DNA of 64,000 nucleotides from Rickettsiales bacterium (GTDB lineage Bacteria; Pseudomonadota; Alphaproteobacteria; Rickettsiales; CANDYO01): NCBI GenBank assembly GCA_965228885.1, contig OZ245841.1, positions 483,716 to 547,715 of the forward strand, read 5' to 3'. Shown piece by piece: positions 61,601 to 64,000 of this stretch (position 1 is its first letter; each line of letters starts with the position of its first letter). The notes under the pieces were generated by a model. It saw only the letters and a program-made list of their open reading frames with translations, ran no database searches and was not told where the DNA came from. The position numbers and the translations under genes were made by a program.

Positions 61601-64000
61601 TGCTCAAAGCTCATCTAGAAAATGATAGAATTAACAGAACGATAACAGATACAGACCCAAGTATTTTAGTAAATGAAGCTTATGATGCGTTAGATATAGA
61701 CAAGGGAGCTTTTAACTCTCTAGATACCAAAGGAAAATTAGCGGCTTTAGAAAAAGGATTACGTGCTGCAGACCTTACAGGACCAGGCGCAATGGATTCA
61801 TATCGTGCCTATCGATATTTAAAAGAAAAAGCTGAAGCTCAATTAGCGCAAGAAAAAGCAGCTCAAAAAGAGCAGAAAAGACAGCAATCATTTAGATATA
61901 AGGCTGGACAAGCTATAGGTGGAATGAAGCGAGGTATAGGACAAATGGGCCGAGGAATGAAGGGGCTTGGCCAAGGGGGTGTCCGTAGAGTGCAAAATGG
62001 CTTAAGTAGAATATCTAGAATAAGAGCAAGAGATATAACCTTAAGAAATGTTGCTGTTGGTACAGCCAGTGTTGCTTATGGAGCAATAAAATTTGCTACA
62101 AAGCCAGTAAGAATGACCGGACGAGCTATTAAGAGGTCCTTTAATGAAGCTTTAGATAAAAGAGGAGTGAAAATTGACTTTAGTATGGGGTTCTATCGTC
62201 CTGCCACCTTTAGCTATACCAGAAAGGTTGCTAGCTTAGAAGGAAAAGGAACAGCAAGGGAGAAACAATTATTGGGCTATAAGCAAAGATATGATAAAGA
62301 CAAACTAAAAATTAATTATAAAAATGCAGATAGAATTTTACAAGAATCTTGTGCTGTTTTGGGAATTACCAAAGCTGCAATAGATACAATGCCACCTGAA
62401 GAAAGAAAGGCATATATAGAAAGAAAGTTCAATTCAACAATAGATATGGATAGTTCACGAGACTTTGAAAGATATAAAGCTTATCGTGCTATTCAAGCAG
62501 TGGTGGAGCATCGTGCTGCACAACCAGAAAAAACCAAGCTTGCCAAGAAACATAAGAAATCAGTTATAGAAGAATTGAATAAAAAAGAGGTCGATAGACA
62601 ACAAGCTATTGCAGATGCAAGGCGAGCTGAGCAGGTAGGGATAGCAAGAGAGCAAGCAGAAGAACGTAAAATGCTAGAGCAACGAAGAAATAAAGATGCC
62701 GCTCAATTATGTAAAGCTTTAAAAATGGATCATAAAGAGTTTGTGATGATGGACAAAGAGTCTCAAGGAAGGTATCTATCCAGAGCTTATGCGGAATTAC
62801 CACAAGATAAAAAAGACGCTAAGTTAAATAAATTATATAGAGAAATAAGAGATGACATAGCAAATAATGGAGAGATAGAAAGAGAATCAACAAAAATAAC
62901 AGGGCATTTGTCTGCATTAAACTTAACTAGATCAGGGCTTATAAAGCTAAATCCAGAGGATAGATTAAAGGCGATAGAGAAAAGTTTTAAAGAGGCTAAC
63001 CTTGAAATAAATGGAGCGGAAAAATTTGCAGCCTATGAAGTTCTTAAAGAAAAAGCTCAGATAGATGTTGATCAAGAACAACAACGTATTCAAAAAGAAA
63101 AAGAAGAAAAAGAAAGATTATCATATAAAGCTAAAAACTTAGCTAATAAAGCAAAAGATATGGCAGGTAAAGCTGGGACCGCAGTATCTGCTGCAGCAGG
63201 AGGAGCTGCTGCAATAACCCAAGTTACTGTAGGATTAGTTTCAATGCTTGTTGGAGTTCCTTTCCCAGGAGGTATGAGTGGTGGTTCTTCAAGCAAATCT
63301 TCAGATGGTTCTTCTTTCGTGAAGTCTGCTAAGTCTACATATAATTTGGCTGTGAAGGGGCGCCATACTCTTTTAGAAGGAGAGAAGGGTAGTGATACAG
63401 AGTTTGCCAAATATAGTAGTAAAATTCATGCTGAGAGGGAGGCAAGGCAGTTGGAAGGTAATGCTGCTGCTCTAGGTATTAGTTTAGATGAATTCAAAGG
63501 GTTAAATACCCAAGAAAAAGCTGAATATATCGATAAGAAACGGAATGAGAAGCTGGATAGAATAGCAATGGATGAAAAAGAAAAAATTAAATCTTTTAAT
63601 GAAAGTAGAGATGCACAAATTGAAAAAGTTAATAAAGAGGCAGAGGAAAGAATTAATGCTATTAGGGAGAGTGATGGTGACAAGACAAAACAACTTTCTG
63701 AAGTAAAACGAATAAAGACCAAAGCAGAACAAGACAAGAAGAAAATAGAAGATAGAATAGATGGAAATATAGCAGTCTGTAGTAAGGAGCATGCTCGTCT
63801 TGAAGAAGTTGCCAATAAACAAGGAAGAAATTTAAAAGAGTTATTGAAAGAACAAAGAATAGAAGTTGATCAATCTAATACAGAAGAGATTCTAAGAAAT
63901 AACTGTGCTAAGTTAGATATAAATGTGGCTACAATTCAATCTCTAAGTGCAGAAAGAAGAGAGGAATATCTTGCTGAAAAGCTTTCTTCAAAACTATCAG
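58633..64000 (+). CDS. virB6: giant VirB6/TrbL-like T4SS protein, paralog 3, more than 1789 codons and open at the window end (absent from the supplied ORF track)
   Basis: I read every codon from the ATG at 58633 to 64000 and found no stop. It has lipobox LISAC, a VirB6-like TM block at about 59520..60530, then a hydrophilic extension of more than 1150 aa. Confidence 0.85.
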   Translation, partial: MIKFIKNTYYTASSKLLKLILLFLASLLISACDQDLPPIEADDFGYPKVTVYAKGENVSGEEENQLSEWVPTGYKYNGDKIVIMVYNPAYSYGGSQPPLKYTWNSWLCEGESDICSSMYNSPACNFPQGYCHSPTDKYETIDNAPCYLSQGQGLYLLVTYPGGDVDDPNTYESINRLPSEAKMYTKSLWDPPVSGAEMYNNGSAAYGFSGELEPNPTISTDYETKVTTEIPSDLSQSDYVGGRAYFKILDRYYGDNSGNQYAVMKRGFDSVVPPPIATVIEFVTETMDRMSESLYKEIVNNYDFRLSIKTLLVLYIIVHGVLFIGGASDMTQSELVSLFIKLVIVIQLLTGEDSWTLFNNYFFKFFTSGLDEMISIVTSNIDQSDNGFTFFDTLLSLLFSYETSMKIQALVWSFPSGFLVTFIIYAGFALFTVAIAKAVMIYLLAYMAIALLIIVAPIFICFMLFNQTRPLFETWLNAFANYFLQAVLVMAALNLLGQIIVDQIYMILGFKACFEDNPSLTIGTWCFSKSWFICSDLSTGLVPTEVPGYGYNTTTTVNCDASSGFECQDTSVYCEPFECIDDRYPDLPFLDPEIEKEHDLIDNFKSLNSLSIPMLYESSVLLLMCYLMMKFNDVVPGLGKGLAKGGSAGRTALGATASSSMTDFKNTLSGMKNASLKLATGKSELERGIARREKFNEAVNVVKRDVIRAVALTKATAKGLDKAASNAYKKSGKLKALFYPVKKVKQLAVLAAKSPVLVLKGGLIGASLLKDTILKPGNLMIGTPEEIAARNKAVKEAKAYNRAKDASEGKQVSLSYKEKLTKSIQDKTGITKFNQRVADFDEKYTKDGKLHLRSVGGAMRRGVGRALYNTRPGKAVYDGATRLKDSIKEEYRARFTEQGRIDRENSRRKDNQIRALAEQYQKDAPERNRREKLDRLASEALEQHCKNLNLDKELLLGMSQEDQELYIKRAYAELPEHLRSSIAATTSFDMLKAHLENDRINRTITDTDPSILVNEAYDALDIDKGAFNSLDTKGKLAALEKGLRAADLTGPGAMDSYRAYRYLKEKAEAQLAQEKAAQKEQKRQQSFRYKAGQAIGGMKRGIGQMGRGMKGLGQGGVRRVQNGLSRISRIRARDITLRNVAVGTASVAYGAIKFATKPVRMTGRAIKRSFNEALDKRGVKIDFSMGFYRPATFSYTRKVASLEGKGTAREKQLLGYKQRYDKDKLKINYKNADRILQESCAVLGITKAAIDTMPPEERKAYIERKFNSTIDMDSSRDFERYKAYRAIQAVVEHRAAQPEKTKLAKKHKKSVIEELNKKEVDRQQAIADARRAEQVGIAREQAEERKMLEQRRNKDAAQLCKALKMDHKEFVMMDKESQGRYLSRAYAELPQDKKDAKLNKLYREIRDDIANNGEIERESTKITGHLSALNLTRSGLIKLNPEDRLKAIEKSFKEANLEINGAEKFAAYEVLKEKAQIDVDQEQQRIQKEKEEKERLSYKAKNLANKAKDMAGKAGTAVSAAAGGAAAITQVTVGLVSMLVGVPFPGGMSGGSSSKSSDGSSFVKSAKSTYNLAVKGRHTLLEGEKGSDTEFAKYSSKIHAEREARQLEGNAAALGISLDEFKGLNTQEKAEYIDKKRNEKLDRIAMDEKEKIKSFNESRDAQIEKVNKEAEERINAIRESDGDKTKQLSEVKRIKTKAEQDKKKIEDRIDGNIAVCSKEHARLEEVANKQGRNLKELLKEQRIEVDQSNTEEILRNNCAKLDINVATIQSLSAERREEYLAEKLSSKLS

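Noticed and set aside
60507-63822. Minus-strand ORFs 60507..60818, 60846..61061, 61186..61389, 62606..62803, 63090..63410, 63426..63815 and 63502..63822
   Set aside because: All lie antisense to the uninterrupted plus-strand virB6-like reading frame (58633..64000). Their hydrophobic, low-complexity translations are what is expected opposite Lys/Glu-rich codons.

Overview
This is an AT-rich, tightly packed bacterial chromosome segment. Gene content and order suggest an obligate-intracellular alphaproteobacterium of the Rickettsiales type. That placement is an inference from three things: an rvh-style virB3-virB4-virB6xN type IV secretion cluster, a ~1600-aa NAD-glutamate dehydrogenase, and the hemE/DUF299-coaE-dnaQ origin cluster. 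The housekeeping backbone is atpH-atpA-atpG, nadK, petABC, an amidase, tldD, coxBA, hisS, an APC permease, recN, bamD, dnaQ, coaE, PDRP(DUF299), hemE, hemH, MscS, PGM/PMM, tsaB, rluB, parAB-rsmG-mnmG, mnmE, gdh and a thioesterase. Two ORFs run off the window edges and are missing from the supplied track: atpG (1..814, -) and a virB6-like gene of more than 1789 codons (58633..64000, +). The most notable accessory content is as follows. (1) A 987-aa chimeric protein joins FASTK-like heptatricopeptide repeats, a RAP/PD-(D/E)XK-like module and ankyrin repeats. (2) Three tandem virB6 paralogs are present, the last with a C-terminal extension of more than 1150 aa built from a recurring ~55-aa helical module. 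(3) A family of ~165-bp nested-palindrome MITE-like elements brackets an orphan coiled-coil gene. (4) A related purine-rich 28-bp tandem array sits next to mnmE. (5) An IS630-family element is nested inside an IS1-family element, with intact inverted repeats and an 8-bp target duplication. (6) A class-3 lipase with a basic tail sits directly behind coxA. (7) The hemE/DUF299 intergenic region is a candidate oriC with two perfect DnaA boxes. I found no rRNA, tRNA or CRISPR array. All homology calls rest on motifs read from the translations; no database search was possible.
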